DNA of 62,384 bases from a virus. Its lineage: Duplodnaviria; Caudoviricetes. Position numbers and translations under genes: made by a program. This document shows positions 1-10,777 of this stretch, piece after piece. Position 1 is the stretch's first letter. The number at the start of each line of letters is the position of its first letter. The DNA is taken from positions 1 to 62,384 of the IMG/VR virus record IMGVR_UViG_3300028194_000282; one strand, written 5' to 3'. Under the pieces are notes generated by a model. That model saw only the letters and a program-made list of their open reading frames with translations, did no database searches and was not told where the DNA came from.

Positions 1-198
1 GTTTCCTCAAAACCAAACCCGTATTTTTTAAAGTTGTCTATTAGAAAAGGAACAACTTCTTCTTCTGTTTGGTCTATAAGAGCAGCATCTATCTTGCTTA
101 TGTCACTTTTGAAACCTTCGCTGCTTGTTATGCCTAAAGCTTGTGCTTCAGCCATTTCTCTTGCTTGTAGTTCTGCAAGTCTTTCTCTTTCTTGTTGT
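1..198. repeat. Terminal overlap copy 1 (same as 62187-62384, one mismatch)
   Basis: Direct comparison; T at 110 vs G at 62296; indicates a circular/permuted assembly. Confidence 0.97.
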
Positions 199-689
199 GC
201 CTCTACATCAGGTTTTTCTGCTTCTATATTAGCTTTGGTAGTTTCAAAATCCTCTATCTGTTGAGACATACCTCTGTCGATAGTGGCTTGGTCAGGATAC
301 ATACCCATATCTCCCATAGGAGGTCTATAGCCATCTTCTCTAGAGTCTTTGCCTGTTACTTTGTTTGGGTCAAAGTCAAATGTCGTTGGGTCAAATACAG
401 GTATTTCTGCACTCTCAGTTTCAGTTTCTGATGAGTCCGAAGAACCAACTTCCGAATTGAACTCCGTAACGATTTCGGTAGAGTCTTTTTTTTTTAATGG
501 GTTTGTAACACCTAGCAAAGTTGCAAAAGCATCAGCATCTCCATTGTATCCTGTCCTTGTAAACTCTCCAAAGCCTTCATTAAAGGCATCTGAATTTGTA
601 GACATTAATGTTTTAAAATCTGATTTTGCTCCTCTGTAGCCGGTTTTTACAAACTGCTCGTACAAATCATTAAATGCTTGTTCGTTCAT
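1..689 (-). CDS. N-terminal part of giant virion protein (continues across the junction into 62186..53999)
   Basis: ATG at 689 (MNEQAFNDLYEQF...), open frame to position 1, in frame with MAEAQALG at 155 (= 62341); adds 178 aa. Confidence 0.9.
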   Translation of the reverse strand, partial: MNEQAFNDLYEQFVKTGYRGAKSDFKTLMSTNSDAFNEGFGEFTRTGYNGDADAFATLLGVTNPLKKKDSTEIVTEFNSEVGSSDSSETETESAEIPVFDPTTFDFDPNKVTGKDSREDGYRPPMGDMGMYPDQATIDRGMSQQIEDFETTKANIEAEKPDVEAQQERERLAELQAREMAEAQALGITSSEGFKSDISKIDAALIDQTEEEVVPFLIDNFKKYGFGFEE

Positions 690-696
690 ATCTTAA

Positions 697-2775
697 TTAT
701 TGATTGTATGCTCCTCCATTTACTCCACCACCTGCACCTGAACCTGTAGTAACATTGTTGTCAACAGTTGGTCTTAATGACCCTCTTCTACTTTTACTTG
801 TACCTCTTTTACCCACCTTGAGTGCTTTGTCTTCTGCAGATGTAGCGTTACTAGACATTGCATAAACGCTTTCCATAAATTTAGCCATTGCCTCGTTGTA
901 CTTAGCAGTAGTTCCGTATGTAGATTTATCTAAGTTAATTCTAGCAACTTCTTTATCTTCACCGTTATTAATTACTAACTCATCACTACCTCCGGCTGCA
1001 GTGTCTACTGTAAACCCTGTTAGTCCCGGAAGACTCGATACAACATTAGCTAAGTTTTCTCTAGACTCGTCTTCATCATCTGCAACTAGTGTTACACTTG
1101 GAGCAGGTTGACCTTGACTAATTTCAGCAATATAAGCTGCCTCTAAATCATCTTTCACTTCTACTTCTTCTCCACCGTATCCTAATGAAATTTTATTTAA
1201 GTCTCTAGTCAAATCAACTTTAGACCTATCACTTACTTTATTGATGTCTGCAATTTTATCATCTGAACCTAAGAAGAAATTAGCAGAACCATCTACCCAA
1301 GATTTTTGCCCTAGTTGTTCTCCACCTGCTCCATTGAAAGGAATGGTTTCTGTTTTACCATTAGCGTATCTTACAATTACATCTTCTCCATTTCTGTCAA
1401 TATCTGTAATATCAGGGTTAGTACTTCTCAAGAATTTAATTGCCTCATCAACTTCTGCATCGCTTCCATAATAAAGTTTAGCAACATTGCTATAAACATT
1501 ATCTTGTTTTGAGTTTAGCTTTGCGTTTTTATCTTCAAGTTCACTTGGCTTAATATCTTTCTTCATAAACTCAGTAGTCTCTAGTTCTTCATAGTCTACT
1601 TGAATTCCTGTTTGAGACTTCAATGCACGTTTAGCAACATTGTTTTGTGTCTCACTAAGGTTGGAAACAGTTCTTCCGTTTTTAGTTTCTAAAAGAATTA
1701 TGTTTTCCTTGCCGGCTTGCCTAATTGGATTTCCATCTTTGTCTTCTTTATAACCACTATCAGTAGTAGAATCTGCTTCAAAAACTTCTTTAGGATTAAA
1801 GGTTGTTGAGTATTCTTTTCCGTCAGGAGTAAAATCAACAAAGTCCATTAATACTGATGCACCTGAAAAACTATCATCACTTATCTGACCGTCTGCCCAA
1901 TTGTTTTGTGCTTCTTGGTATAGAGAATAAGCTTTTATATCTGTTGCATCAACACCCAACTCAGTTGCTAAGGCAGCTAACTCAGTTGCATCCATATCTT
2001 TTATACCACCTTTTCTAGCAGTAATGTCACTTATTTTTTTAATTGTACCTGCAGTATATTTACTACCCATTGATGTTACAGTTTGCACCACATCTTTACC
2101 TAGACTGTCTGTCCAAGCTTCTGCATTACCAACTACATCATACTTTAATATTTTAGTCTTTATTCTGTTTTTTAAATTTGCAGGTGAAACTAAACTGTTT
2201 GGGTCCGGGTTAGGAATTTTAGGACCATCAGGATTGTTTGGGTCGGCAATCATATTAGCCATCATAACTTGTCCGTTCTCAGGATTGATGACTAACCTAC
2301 TATCATTAAAGTTAGCAAAGCCTTCAGCGTTTGCCATTATTTCTAAATCTACTGCTGATAATTGTTCACCTACCGGTAAGTCATTACTAAGCAATGCCAT
2401 TTTAGAACTATACTCTGTATTGTAATCTTGTAACAAACTAAACCCTTGGTCAGTTCCATCAGTAAGATTTTGTCTCATCATTGTATATTGCTCAGGAGGT
2501 AGTTGACCGGACTTTAAAAGAGTCTCTTGCATTAACATTTGCTTTTGCAAATCTGCAGAGAAACCTAATGCCATACCATTTAGATTACTGTTCTCTCCTT
2601 GTGGTACGTTATTTAATACCTTTTGATATTCTCGTGTGGCATCGTCAATTGCCTGCTTCTTATCTCTACGAGACTGAACTTCTTCGTCCAACATTGTGGT
2701 AAAGTCTTGTCCGACTTTTGCCCAATTTATATTGTCTTCTGCCTCTCTTTTAACGTACTTATATGCTGTAGCCAT
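697..2775 (-). CDS. Putative internal virion/ejection protein (692 aa)
   Basis: Long ORF between the tail genes and the giant protein; function inferred from position. Confidence 0.6.
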   Translation of the reverse strand: MATAYKYVKREAEDNINWAKVGQDFTTMLDEEVQSRRDKKQAIDDATREYQKVLNNVPQGENSNLNGMALGFSADLQKQMLMQETLLKSGQLPPEQYTMMRQNLTDGTDQGFSLLQDYNTEYSSKMALLSNDLPVGEQLSAVDLEIMANAEGFANFNDSRLVINPENGQVMMANMIADPNNPDGPKIPNPDPNSLVSPANLKNRIKTKILKYDVVGNAEAWTDSLGKDVVQTVTSMGSKYTAGTIKKISDITARKGGIKDMDATELAALATELGVDATDIKAYSLYQEAQNNWADGQISDDSFSGASVLMDFVDFTPDGKEYSTTFNPKEVFEADSTTDSGYKEDKDGNPIRQAGKENIILLETKNGRTVSNLSETQNNVAKRALKSQTGIQVDYEELETTEFMKKDIKPSELEDKNAKLNSKQDNVYSNVAKLYYGSDAEVDEAIKFLRSTNPDITDIDRNGEDVIVRYANGKTETIPFNGAGGEQLGQKSWVDGSANFFLGSDDKIADINKVSDRSKVDLTRDLNKISLGYGGEEVEVKDDLEAAYIAEISQGQPAPSVTLVADDEDESRENLANVVSSLPGLTGFTVDTAAGGSDELVINNGEDKEVARINLDKSTYGTTAKYNEAMAKFMESVYAMSSNATSAEDKALKVGKRGTSKSRRGSLRPTVDNNVTTGSGAGGGVNGGAYNQ

Positions 2776-2784
2776 ATTCTAATT

Positions 2785-3615
2785 TTATTGTGGTCTCGGT
2801 ATGTAGATGTCAAAAGGGTTTTTATAAGCACTTACATAGTCTTGATTTTTAAACAACATACTACTTTGTTGTGGAGTTAAGTCTCTTTTGAATGACCTAA
2901 ACTGTCTGTTGCTCATATTACCAATTGCCTGCATATCCATATTAGTAAATCCGTCAGAACCTGCAGCACCTAAAACTTTATTCCCTTCTACATTTCCAAA
3001 CTTTGTCATTTGTTCAGGAGTAAATTCTAAACCTCCCACGGCTGCTTTTTGTGCTCCTATGTTTTGACCATATAAAGGCACAAATGCTGCTGCTGCTTGA
3101 GCAGTATTAGCAATACCTTGTATACCTTGTGCTTTAGCTTGTTGTGCTGCTCTCTGAGCATCTGCTGCTTTTTGTTGGTTACCTGCAACTTCTTCTAAAT
3201 CTAAAGCCACATCTAAATCTCTTAGTCTTGAATCTTCATCTACAACTTGCTGCTCAATGTTTGTCATTTCGTCAGCCATTGCACTTCTTATTCCTCCTTG
3301 ACCTGCTTGTTGTGCAGCGTATACTCTACCTGCAGTAGCTGCAGAACCTCTTTCACTTTCTACACCTGCCTCAGTAGCCTGTGCTCCCTGAACTAACATA
3401 GCTTCTCTTTCTAAATCGTAAGCTTCTTTTTTAACAGAAAGTTGTTCAGCAAAGTTAACATCTAGCTTTCCTCTTGCTGCTTGCATTGCTTTATCAGCAT
3501 CTCTTTCTGCTCGCTTCTGTGCTTTCTTTTGTTTACTTGCTTGAGAAAATGATGCTGCAGTTGTTCCTATTGATATTGCTAAACCTGCTGCTGCTATTGC
3601 CGTTGCTGCTGCCAT
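2785..3615 (-). CDS. Putative internal virion (ejection) protein
   Basis: Ala/Gly-rich hydrophobic N-terminus then Gln/Ala coiled coil, typical of podovirus core proteins. Confidence 0.6.
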   Translation of the reverse strand: MAAATAIAAAGLAISIGTTAASFSQASKQKKAQKRAERDADKAMQAARGKLDVNFAEQLSVKKEAYDLEREAMLVQGAQATEAGVESERGSAATAGRVYAAQQAGQGGIRSAMADEMTNIEQQVVDEDSRLRDLDVALDLEEVAGNQQKAADAQRAAQQAKAQGIQGIANTAQAAAAFVPLYGQNIGAQKAAVGGLEFTPEQMTKFGNVEGNKVLGAAGSDGFTNMDMQAIGNMSNRQFRSFKRDLTPQQSSMLFKNQDYVSAYKNPFDIYIPRPQ

Positions 3616-3617
3616 AA

Positions 3618-4028
3618 TTATAAATTTTTAATCATTTCAAAAGTGTTTGAATCTCCTTTAACATATCCTAATGACTCAAATGTTCCCATCAATGATTTAT
3701 GTTTTAGTAACGAGTAACAATATTTTGCTCCCTGATTCTTACTTATATTCGTTAGTGTTTCAATTAACAAACCCATAGCATTTTTTCTATGTGGCTTCTT
3801 TCTATATTTTTTATTTGATACCATAAACTCAAGAAGATATACGTCTGAGTTGGTCATATAAATAAAACCTGCACACACCGGTATCTCCCCGTCTAAAATC
3901 ATCATACCACCCTTACCATTGTCCGGAAGAAAATCTTTAGGAGGAGGTGTCCAACCCCAATCCTTCCACCAATCTACTAATATGGTGTCATAATCTTCTG
4001 AATTTAATGGTCGTATGTCGAATATCAT
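3618..4028 (-). CDS. GNAT-fold acetyltransferase-like virion-module protein
   Basis: IRPL..ED..., CAGFIY, LIETLTNISKNQG, FESLGY pattern; start taken at MIFDIR downstream of the TATCTTTG box. Confidence 0.6.
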   Translation of the reverse strand: MIFDIRPLNSEDYDTILVDWWKDWGWTPPPKDFLPDNGKGGMMILDGEIPVCAGFIYMTNSDVYLLEFMVSNKKYRKKPHRKNAMGLLIETLTNISKNQGAKYCYSLLKHKSLMGTFESLGYVKGDSNTFEMIKNL

Positions 4029-4034
4029 TAAACA

Positions 4035-4042
4035 CAAAGATA
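4035..4042 (-). promoter_or_regulatory. Bacteroidota -7 promoter box TATCTTTG
   Basis: Matches TAnnTTTG just upstream of the ATG at 4028. Confidence 0.55.
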
Positions 4043-4048
4043 CTAAAT

Positions 4049-4885
4049 TTATGGAAAAGATTTCATTGCTTCGGATTCAACTGCAAATAGTTCAACTTTT
4101 GATGTGTTGCTATTCGTTAAACTGAAAACACTATAGTGTCCAAGAATTCCGTGAGACTCCGATACTGCATTTTTAATGTATAATGTGTATGTCGAATTAC
4201 TTGGAAATGGAAAAGTTGTTGGTGCAGGAGTAACTGAAGGAATAAAAGTGTTTCCGTCTGTGTTTATTACAACTTGATTTATACCTGCAGGAAGATTTTG
4301 GTTTATTGCAGTAACTTGACCTGCTAATTGTGGATTTGGAGTAGAATGATATAACATATCTCCAACGCTAATTACGTTACCTATAAATAAAGTTGTTGGA
4401 AAATCAACAGTAGTAACACTACCAACTACAGTTATAAGTGATGTTGAGCCTAAGCCATTTAAAGAACGTAAAGCATACTCACTTAGTTGAGCAGGAACTG
4501 ACCCACTATTTCTTATGAACGCATAAAAAGAACCTTCTTTTTCTTCATAATAACTTCCAAGTATAAAGCCTGAATCTTGTTGGTCACTTATTAATGTTGT
4601 TCCCCAAGAGTCATCTCCCTCTAAATTAATTGTTTTAAAAAGTTTGTTTTGCAATGGCTCATCATTAAATACTGACTGCAGTTCAGATGCATAGTTAACA
4701 TTATAATATCGGTTTCTAGTAGAATTGGTATTGTGTCTATATAAATTACCACCACTAAAAGAATAAAAATAATTATTCATCCCAACCATATACTCAGGAT
4801 TGTAAGAGTAAAAAGATGGAAATCCTTGAACTCCTGAATCATAAGATAAAGTGTAACTGTCTGTTTTTGTAACTGTATTTGCCAT
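4049..4885 (-). CDS. Tail protein resembling the C-terminal part of a tail stabilisation (nozzle) protein
   Basis: TLSYDSGVQGFPSFYSYNPE...GNLYRHN...FKTINLEG...EKEGSFYAFI motifs; start at MANTVTK. Confidence 0.6.
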   Translation of the reverse strand: MANTVTKTDSYTLSYDSGVQGFPSFYSYNPEYMVGMNNYFYSFSGGNLYRHNTNSTRNRYYNVNYASELQSVFNDEPLQNKLFKTINLEGDDSWGTTLISDQQDSGFILGSYYEEKEGSFYAFIRNSGSVPAQLSEYALRSLNGLGSTSLITVVGSVTTVDFPTTLFIGNVISVGDMLYHSTPNPQLAGQVTAINQNLPAGINQVVINTDGNTFIPSVTPAPTTFPFPSNSTYTLYIKNAVSESHGILGHYSVFSLTNSNTSKVELFAVESEAMKSFP

Positions 4886-4895
4886 ATATTTTATT

Positions 4896-6092
4896 TTAAA
4901 CTTGAGGACAATGAGTTGAATCATCACAAGCACGTTCTACTGCACTAGCTTGAATCCCATTTGTATCGGGTCCATTCCCAAATGATGTAATTGTTCCACA
5001 ACTTACATCGCTTTGAACTACACCACCAATTATTTTATTAAACTGTAGTACTGCTCCAACACCATAACCACCACCAAATCTCTCGTTGAATGTCCATTGA
5101 TTACCGTCAATACAATCAGTAACTGTAATTGTTTTACAAGCATCTACAACTGAAGTAACTATCCCTGAAGTCAATTGATAGGTAAATCCTGTTCCGTGTA
5201 AATACCATCCATCAGGTGGAAAGGTAACTCCATTTTGGTCATTAAACACATAGTCATTAACTGTTGGTATACCAACTGCTCCATTTGTAGGAACGGGTTG
5301 ATGAAAGTATTGTGTAAGAATTGATGTAGCAGGACGATTACCTTGATTGCAAGCATCAGTAGAAGTTGAGTCTGCATTAACTGCTCCTAAAAACTGAGTT
5401 AATGGAGTTGGACAATTTAAAGCTATTGCCCAACCTGTACTACCACAAGGACCAATTACCTTTATTTGCATTGTTGCAGGACTAGGGTTTGGTTTTGGAA
5501 TTACCATCACGCAAACACCCGGAGCGTTAGGAGTTAACAAATCTTGCTGACTTGTTATAACAATTGTTTCATTTGTGCCCGAACCTTGAAAGGCTGCTCC
5601 ATTATAATTACTTACAGGCAAACTGTAAGTACCTATAATATCTCCCGGAGTTCCTCCATTACAATTTCCTTGACTTGCCTGAGAACCAACGAATGTTGGA
5701 ACTTGAGGTGTTGACGATTGTAAAAGTCCTAAATTTGAACTTAGTTTATTATAAACCACACTATCGTACAGAACTTGAATACCGTCAGGTATAGATTGAG
5801 GGTTAAATGATATTACTATTGCACCTGTATCTGAACTAGTACCACCCACATCAATATCCATATAGAATATCCCTTGACCTCCACCTGCACTAATTGTAGA
5901 ATCACAAGCAGTTGCACAAGATGCACAAGCTTGTTGAGGTAGTAAGTAACAAGAGTTGTTTGCTACAACTTGTTCTCTAGAAATTATTCCATCTGAATAA
6001 AATCCTGCTGCTGCACAAGTAGTCAACCCTTGGTCGTCAAAGATTGCAGTTGAGTTACTTAATGTTGTTCCGTCTATATAAAAATTTGCCAT
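4896..6092 (-). CDS. Cys/Gly/Thr-rich tail-associated protein
   Basis: 398-aa ORF with paired Cys (CASCATAC), lies in the tail module. Confidence 0.6.
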   Translation of the reverse strand: MANFYIDGTTLSNSTAIFDDQGLTTCAAAGFYSDGIISREQVVANNSCYLLPQQACASCATACDSTISAGGGQGIFYMDIDVGGTSSDTGAIVISFNPQSIPDGIQVLYDSVVYNKLSSNLGLLQSSTPQVPTFVGSQASQGNCNGGTPGDIIGTYSLPVSNYNGAAFQGSGTNETIVITSQQDLLTPNAPGVCVMVIPKPNPSPATMQIKVIGPCGSTGWAIALNCPTPLTQFLGAVNADSTSTDACNQGNRPATSILTQYFHQPVPTNGAVGIPTVNDYVFNDQNGVTFPPDGWYLHGTGFTYQLTSGIVTSVVDACKTITVTDCIDGNQWTFNERFGGGYGVGAVLQFNKIIGGVVQSDVSCGTITSFGNGPDTNGIQASAVERACDDSTHCPQV

Positions 6093-6102
6093 TTATTTAA
6101 TT

Positions 6103-9100
6103 TTAAGTTGCACAACCACAACAAGATGATGAAGCATCTGCACCGTAGCATAAGTCAATTAATGTTGGTTTTCTGTAGTCATAAATTATATACAGATAAT
6201 CATCTGTTATAACTGATGGCATTAAGAATGTTCCTGAATAATAGTTTGGTGCTAAAGAAGAATTTGTAGTTAATCCTGTAGAGGCTGCAATTAATGCTGC
6301 CACTGAAGAAGGAGTGTTTACATATTCTGTCGCACTCTTTAAAAATCTAAACTTATTTGAATTAGGTTCAAAAACTGCAGTATCATTTTGTAGTTTTCTA
6401 AACGCTAAAGTCATATTAGAGCCTGTAGTTGGTATAGGTCCTTGACCTTGATTACCTAAAGTAGATTGATAAAAAGAAACCACTACACTTCCTGAGCCTT
6501 GTGCAAAAGATACACCCGTAGAGTTTAAAGGAGAAACAAAAGTTCCGTCTATAAATCTATGTTCATTGTGTATTTCTAAGCCTTGTTCATTAGCACTTGA
6601 TACACACACCTCAACAATAGTAATTCTTTTTGCATTAGGACAACTAACAGTAAGCAAGAATGTTGAACTACTAGATGAAGTAATTACTACTTCTAATTCA
6701 TCTTGATTAATACTATTTTTAGAAACCACTAAACTTCCTGATACAGTTTGATTATTAGCACTTGTTGTCTGACCACTGTAAGTTGCATCAACATCAAAAG
6801 AACCTGTTGGTCCTTTACCTGACACTGCCCAACTAATAGTTACCGGTCCTACCGAGTCTCCTACATCAAAACATTCATCGAATGGCTCTCCTGACACAAC
6901 AGTTATCTCTTGTTGAACTCCACAAGACACACAAGATTTTGGTATTGGAAGTAGTTGTTGATTTCCTGCTAAGACAAACTCATTCATATATGGGTCAAAC
7001 CCACCTAGCTTTTGTTTTTCAAATTGTATGTTAAACAAGTCTCTAAACCAAGGTCTCATCCCTAATTCAGATATGTTTTGTAACGAATCATTTTGATAGC
7101 TTGTACCACTTAATTGTAACACAACTCCTCTTTTAGCATCAGTAAAAAACTTATCCGGTCCGTACTGAGCAAAGCTTTCAGGGTTATGACTAATACCGTA
7201 TTCTTCTATTCTAGCTATCTGTGTTCCTAAAACTTCAGGAACATTTGTTAATAGGTTACCTGCACCTGCATCTGAAAGTAAATTCTTCCCTTGTAAAACA
7301 TAAGATATTTTATCTTCTTGTAAAGTTAGGATGTCAGTTTCTCTTCCAAATAATTTTTGTATAGGTCCAAAAGATTCTTCAAGTAGTTTAAAATTCAATA
7401 ACCCTGCATTGAATTCGTTTAACTTATTTATGTTTGACTCATCACCAAATATACCACTGTATGTTATATCTGCAAATCTTCTAACTTTTTCGTAATCTTG
7501 ATTCTGTGTAGATGTAACTCTACTGCCCGGCTTGAAATCTAATCCTAATAGACTATCTCTAATTTTATAACTTTCTGCTCCGTTTCCAAAAGCAAAGCAA
7601 TTATAAAAACCTGAACTAGCAATTGCACCTTGACCTGTGCTAAAAATTTGATTTTGAATATCAGCTAAATGTGTGCCTGCAGTTAATGCAGTGCTAACAA
7701 TTGTAACATTAGCCGGATTAGAAGGAACTGTAGCAGGACTAATACTTGCTGAACCACATCTACCATTAACGGTAACTGAAGTGTCAGGTTGTACAATAAC
7801 TGTTTCAGAAAAACCATCTAAGTCTATGTAGTTAAAAGCTATAGCTTCAGGCTCAGTTGAACCTACGGTTAAAACAAATTGACAAGTGTTATTGCCACTA
7901 GCAATTCTATAAGTTTTTGCTCCCTCATACCAAATATCCGGTGAAGAATCTAATGGCTCTGATTCAAATATAATAGTGTTTTCTGCTCTAAATACAGTAA
8001 TACAAATTCTAGCAGATGACCTACCATTCTTTCTCCATTTAGAACTTTCACAAGCACGAGTACCTCTAGCACAAAACTTTAATTGGTTTGTAGTTGTGTT
8101 TCTAAAAAATGCATAATGATTAGTTCCTAATGATTGAGGTAAGTTTCCGGGAGAAGTTAAAAGTGTGTTGTCGTATGAGTTTTCAATATCTCCACCACTA
8201 CCACCTACAAGTGAAACACCTTGGTTTAATACTGCCTGTACATTGTCCCCGTCAAACCACTCTTTAAAGTTGTCATAATCTTGAGATGATGTTAGTGTTT
8301 TTTCTAATAGGTATTCTCTTTTTTCACAATTACCATCTCCACCTCTGTATCCGTTTCTGTTAAATCTAAATTCAAAAACTATTCTAGAACCTCCCGGTAT
8401 GGTATAATCAACGTGAGTATAGCTAGGGTTGTTTGCATCTGTACCTGATATATTTACAGGGTATGTTACTAATGGATAATTATCTGCACCTTTTGCAGTT
8501 GTTTGTTTACAACCAAAATCTATAATAGCGTTCTCTGTAGTTTCTACTGAAAAGTTATTGGCTTTTATTTTCATATATGTTCCTGAAGGAACAGGTATGT
8601 TTTCATCAGGGTCGTCCTCTGATGGTATCTCTATAAAGTCTTTAGTTTTAGCATCTTTATCTAAAACAGTAGCATAAACGCAATTTCTTGTGGGACCATT
8701 TGTATCTGCTTTAACTATAAATCTTTGACCCTCTGTAACCTTTTGAGAGTTTTCTGCTTCTAGTAAAAAATAAGTTTCATTAGAGTTCGGGTCTGTAAAA
8801 AATATATTACTATAAATAGTTTCGTAAGTTTCTTTATCCGGCTTCAATGCAAACTTATAAGAAGTAGCAAATGAAGGAGCAATTTGAGTAGTTGGTATAT
8901 TTACATCTATTGTATTTTTAGTAGCTGAGTCTTCACAAGAAAAATGAAAAGTATTAAACTCACTAACTAAAGCAGGAGTTGTTCTGTTAAACTCATCCAT
9001 ATATAGTATACCAATCTCATAACTTCTATTACTGTGTAGACTAGAGCCATTACCTGATTTTTGATATTCTAAATCATTTGATAAAATAGAAAAGTATTCA

Positions 9101-10776
9101 GTATAGGTTTGTGTTGGTGTTGTAAGGTCATCTACATATTGTACTGCAGGAAATTGGAAGCCAATCTCTGTTGATGCAGGTGAAGACGTTATATTAATTG
9201 CTTGTTCTATAGCACTTATTCCACTCTGAAATTTTAAAATAGATAAAGTAGCATCTGAAATAGTACTAACAAAAAGAGAGTTATATTGGTCAGTTAAAGT
9301 AGTTCCTTGTGAAGAGTTAGCCATAGGCTCAATGTTTCCACCCGGTAGACTTGTTCCTATTGCTGCTAGAAATTCATCGCTTGTAGCCATTTCATATACA
9401 CTAGTATATGTTTGAGTTAATAACCAACCTAATGTTATAGTTAAAGGAGGTAAGTTTTCTGTAGTTGGTGATGGTGTTGCACCTGCCCAACTGTCGTGTT
9501 GAAATGTAAATTGAAAAGTAATAAGTGCACCTTCAACTAAATCTAATCCGTTTAAGTTAAAAGTACATATAGCATCTCCAATAGTTTGACTTCCTTGAAT
9601 GGTATAAGTACCATTAGATAAAGTACCATCTACTGAGTCGGGGTCAAATGTTCCTTTGTTTCCTGACAAGCTATAATCAAATCGTACAGGATTTCCATTA
9701 AAGTCTATCATATCATATCCTTCGACATAATTTCCAAACATTAATCTATTACCCATAATTGTTTGTGCTTGTGACAATCTTGGCACATTATCAAACAACC
9801 TTAGTATTTCTGATGCAGGTAAAATTGTAAAAATCTTACTACTAGAAAAAGTATATGTTACAAGTTGATTGTCTACATATCCATTATCTATCTTTGTTAG
9901 TTTTTCAATAATTTTTATGGTAGGACTATTAGCATCTTTAAACAGTAAATCAATACCTGTAACTAAAGGTCCTCCTGTGTTAAAAGTTATTTCAGCAGTA
10001 TTGAAAAGATTAGTCATCCCTTCGTTTAAAAAACTATCTCCTGAAAACTGAAAGTTGTTAGGTAAAAACGCAGGAGTAGTAAATTGTGATGTTGCTGAAT
10101 ACTCGTCATCATCATATTTATATCTATATCCAAAACATAAAAACCTTTCTTCTAAGTAGTTTTCTTGTCCACCTGTTCTAACTAAGTTTATAGTTGGTGC
10201 TGCAGCAGGAGGTCTCTTAATAACCATTATGTCATCAAAAGCAAACCCATCTACTAAAGGAGTTCCTACAGGGTCCTCATAATTTTTTGTTACATTAATC
10301 TTTCTAGGAGGGTTTACATTATCCGTAAAGAATAACATATTTTCAATTTTATTTACCCCTGTTATAAGAAATTGTTCGTCAAAGTTTAAGGTAGTGTTTA
10401 TCCCTCCCCCATCATTTACACTTTCAACGTGGTACTGAACAATGGTATTATTGGTATTATACGAAACTATTAAATCAAGCTTTCCTGTAGGACTACTTGT
10501 AAAGTTTTTATCGTGAATAAACCAATAGATAGTTTCTAATGCTCCGTCTTCAAAAACACCTATACATCTAGCTTCAGAAGAAAGATTTTCTCCTTCAAAC
10601 TGAATAGTAGTTAGTTGTGTATTTCCTAACGAATTTTCTATGACTCCTATTTCTGATGACTCAGTAGAACCCATACGAACATTAGTGGCATCAACGTATT
10701 GACCATTTGGAACAAGTCGTTCATCAACCATCTTGTTCATTTTACCTGCAGTAAAATTTCTTGTTAGATTTGCCAT
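6103..10776 (-). CDS. Tail stabilisation/nozzle protein (P22 gp10-like, crAss-like type)
   Basis: N-terminal F.AGKMNK..DERLVPNGQY.DA.NVR, LFFTDN.NPPRKIN, EYGISHNPESFA, FFTDAKRG.V. Confidence 0.8.
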   Translation of the reverse strand: MANLTRNFTAGKMNKMVDERLVPNGQYVDATNVRMGSTESSEIGVIENSLGNTQLTTIQFEGENLSSEARCIGVFEDGALETIYWFIHDKNFTSSPTGKLDLIVSYNTNNTIVQYHVESVNDGGGINTTLNFDEQFLITGVNKIENMLFFTDNVNPPRKINVTKNYEDPVGTPLVDGFAFDDIMVIKRPPAAAPTINLVRTGGQENYLEERFLCFGYRYKYDDDEYSATSQFTTPAFLPNNFQFSGDSFLNEGMTNLFNTAEITFNTGGPLVTGIDLLFKDANSPTIKIIEKLTKIDNGYVDNQLVTYTFSSSKIFTILPASEILRLFDNVPRLSQAQTIMGNRLMFGNYVEGYDMIDFNGNPVRFDYSLSGNKGTFDPDSVDGTLSNGTYTIQGSQTIGDAICTFNLNGLDLVEGALITFQFTFQHDSWAGATPSPTTENLPPLTITLGWLLTQTYTSVYEMATSDEFLAAIGTSLPGGNIEPMANSSQGTTLTDQYNSLFVSTISDATLSILKFQSGISAIEQAINITSSPASTEIGFQFPAVQYVDDLTTPTQTYTEYFSILSNDLEYQKSGNGSSLHSNRSYEIGILYMDEFNRTTPALVSEFNTFHFSCEDSATKNTIDVNIPTTQIAPSFATSYKFALKPDKETYETIYSNIFFTDPNSNETYFLLEAENSQKVTEGQRFIVKADTNGPTRNCVYATVLDKDAKTKDFIEIPSEDDPDENIPVPSGTYMKIKANNFSVETTENAIIDFGCKQTTAKGADNYPLVTYPVNISGTDANNPSYTHVDYTIPGGSRIVFEFRFNRNGYRGGDGNCEKREYLLEKTLTSSQDYDNFKEWFDGDNVQAVLNQGVSLVGGSGGDIENSYDNTLLTSPGNLPQSLGTNHYAFFRNTTTNQLKFCARGTRACESSKWRKNGRSSARICITVFRAENTIIFESEPLDSSPDIWYEGAKTYRIASGNNTCQFVLTVGSTEPEAIAFNYIDLDGFSETVIVQPDTSVTVNGRCGSASISPATVPSNPANVTIVSTALTAGTHLADIQNQIFSTGQGAIASSGFYNCFAFGNGAESYKIRDSLLGLDFKPGSRVTSTQNQDYEKVRRFADITYSGIFGDESNINKLNEFNAGLLNFKLLEESFGPIQKLFGRETDILTLQEDKISYVLQGKNLLSDAGAGNLLTNVPEVLGTQIARIEEYGISHNPESFAQYGPDKFFTDAKRGVVLQLSGTSYQNDSLQNISELGMRPWFRDLFNIQFEKQKLGGFDPYMNEFVLAGNQQLLPIPKSCVSCGVQQEITVVSGEPFDECFDVGDSVGPVTISWAVSGKGPTGSFDVDATYSGQTTSANNQTVSGSLVVSKNSINQDELEVVITSSSSSTFLLTVSCPNAKRITIVEVCVSSANEQGLEIHNEHRFIDGTFVSPLNSTGVSFAQGSGSVVVSFYQSTLGNQGQGPIPTTGSNMTLAFRKLQNDTAVFEPNSNKFRFLKSATEYVNTPSSVAALIAASTGLTTNSSLAPNYYSGTFLMPSVITDDYLYIIYDYRKPTLIDLCYGADASSSCCGCAT

Positions 10777-10777
10777 A

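Noticed and set aside
428-450. CTGATGAG resembling a second hammerhead core
   Set aside because: No stem II/GAAA or flanking stems; antisense within coding sequence
486-495. T10 run (A10 on the coding strand) as a frameshift or phase-variation site
   Set aside because: The frame is intact (LKKKD); no alternative-frame evidence
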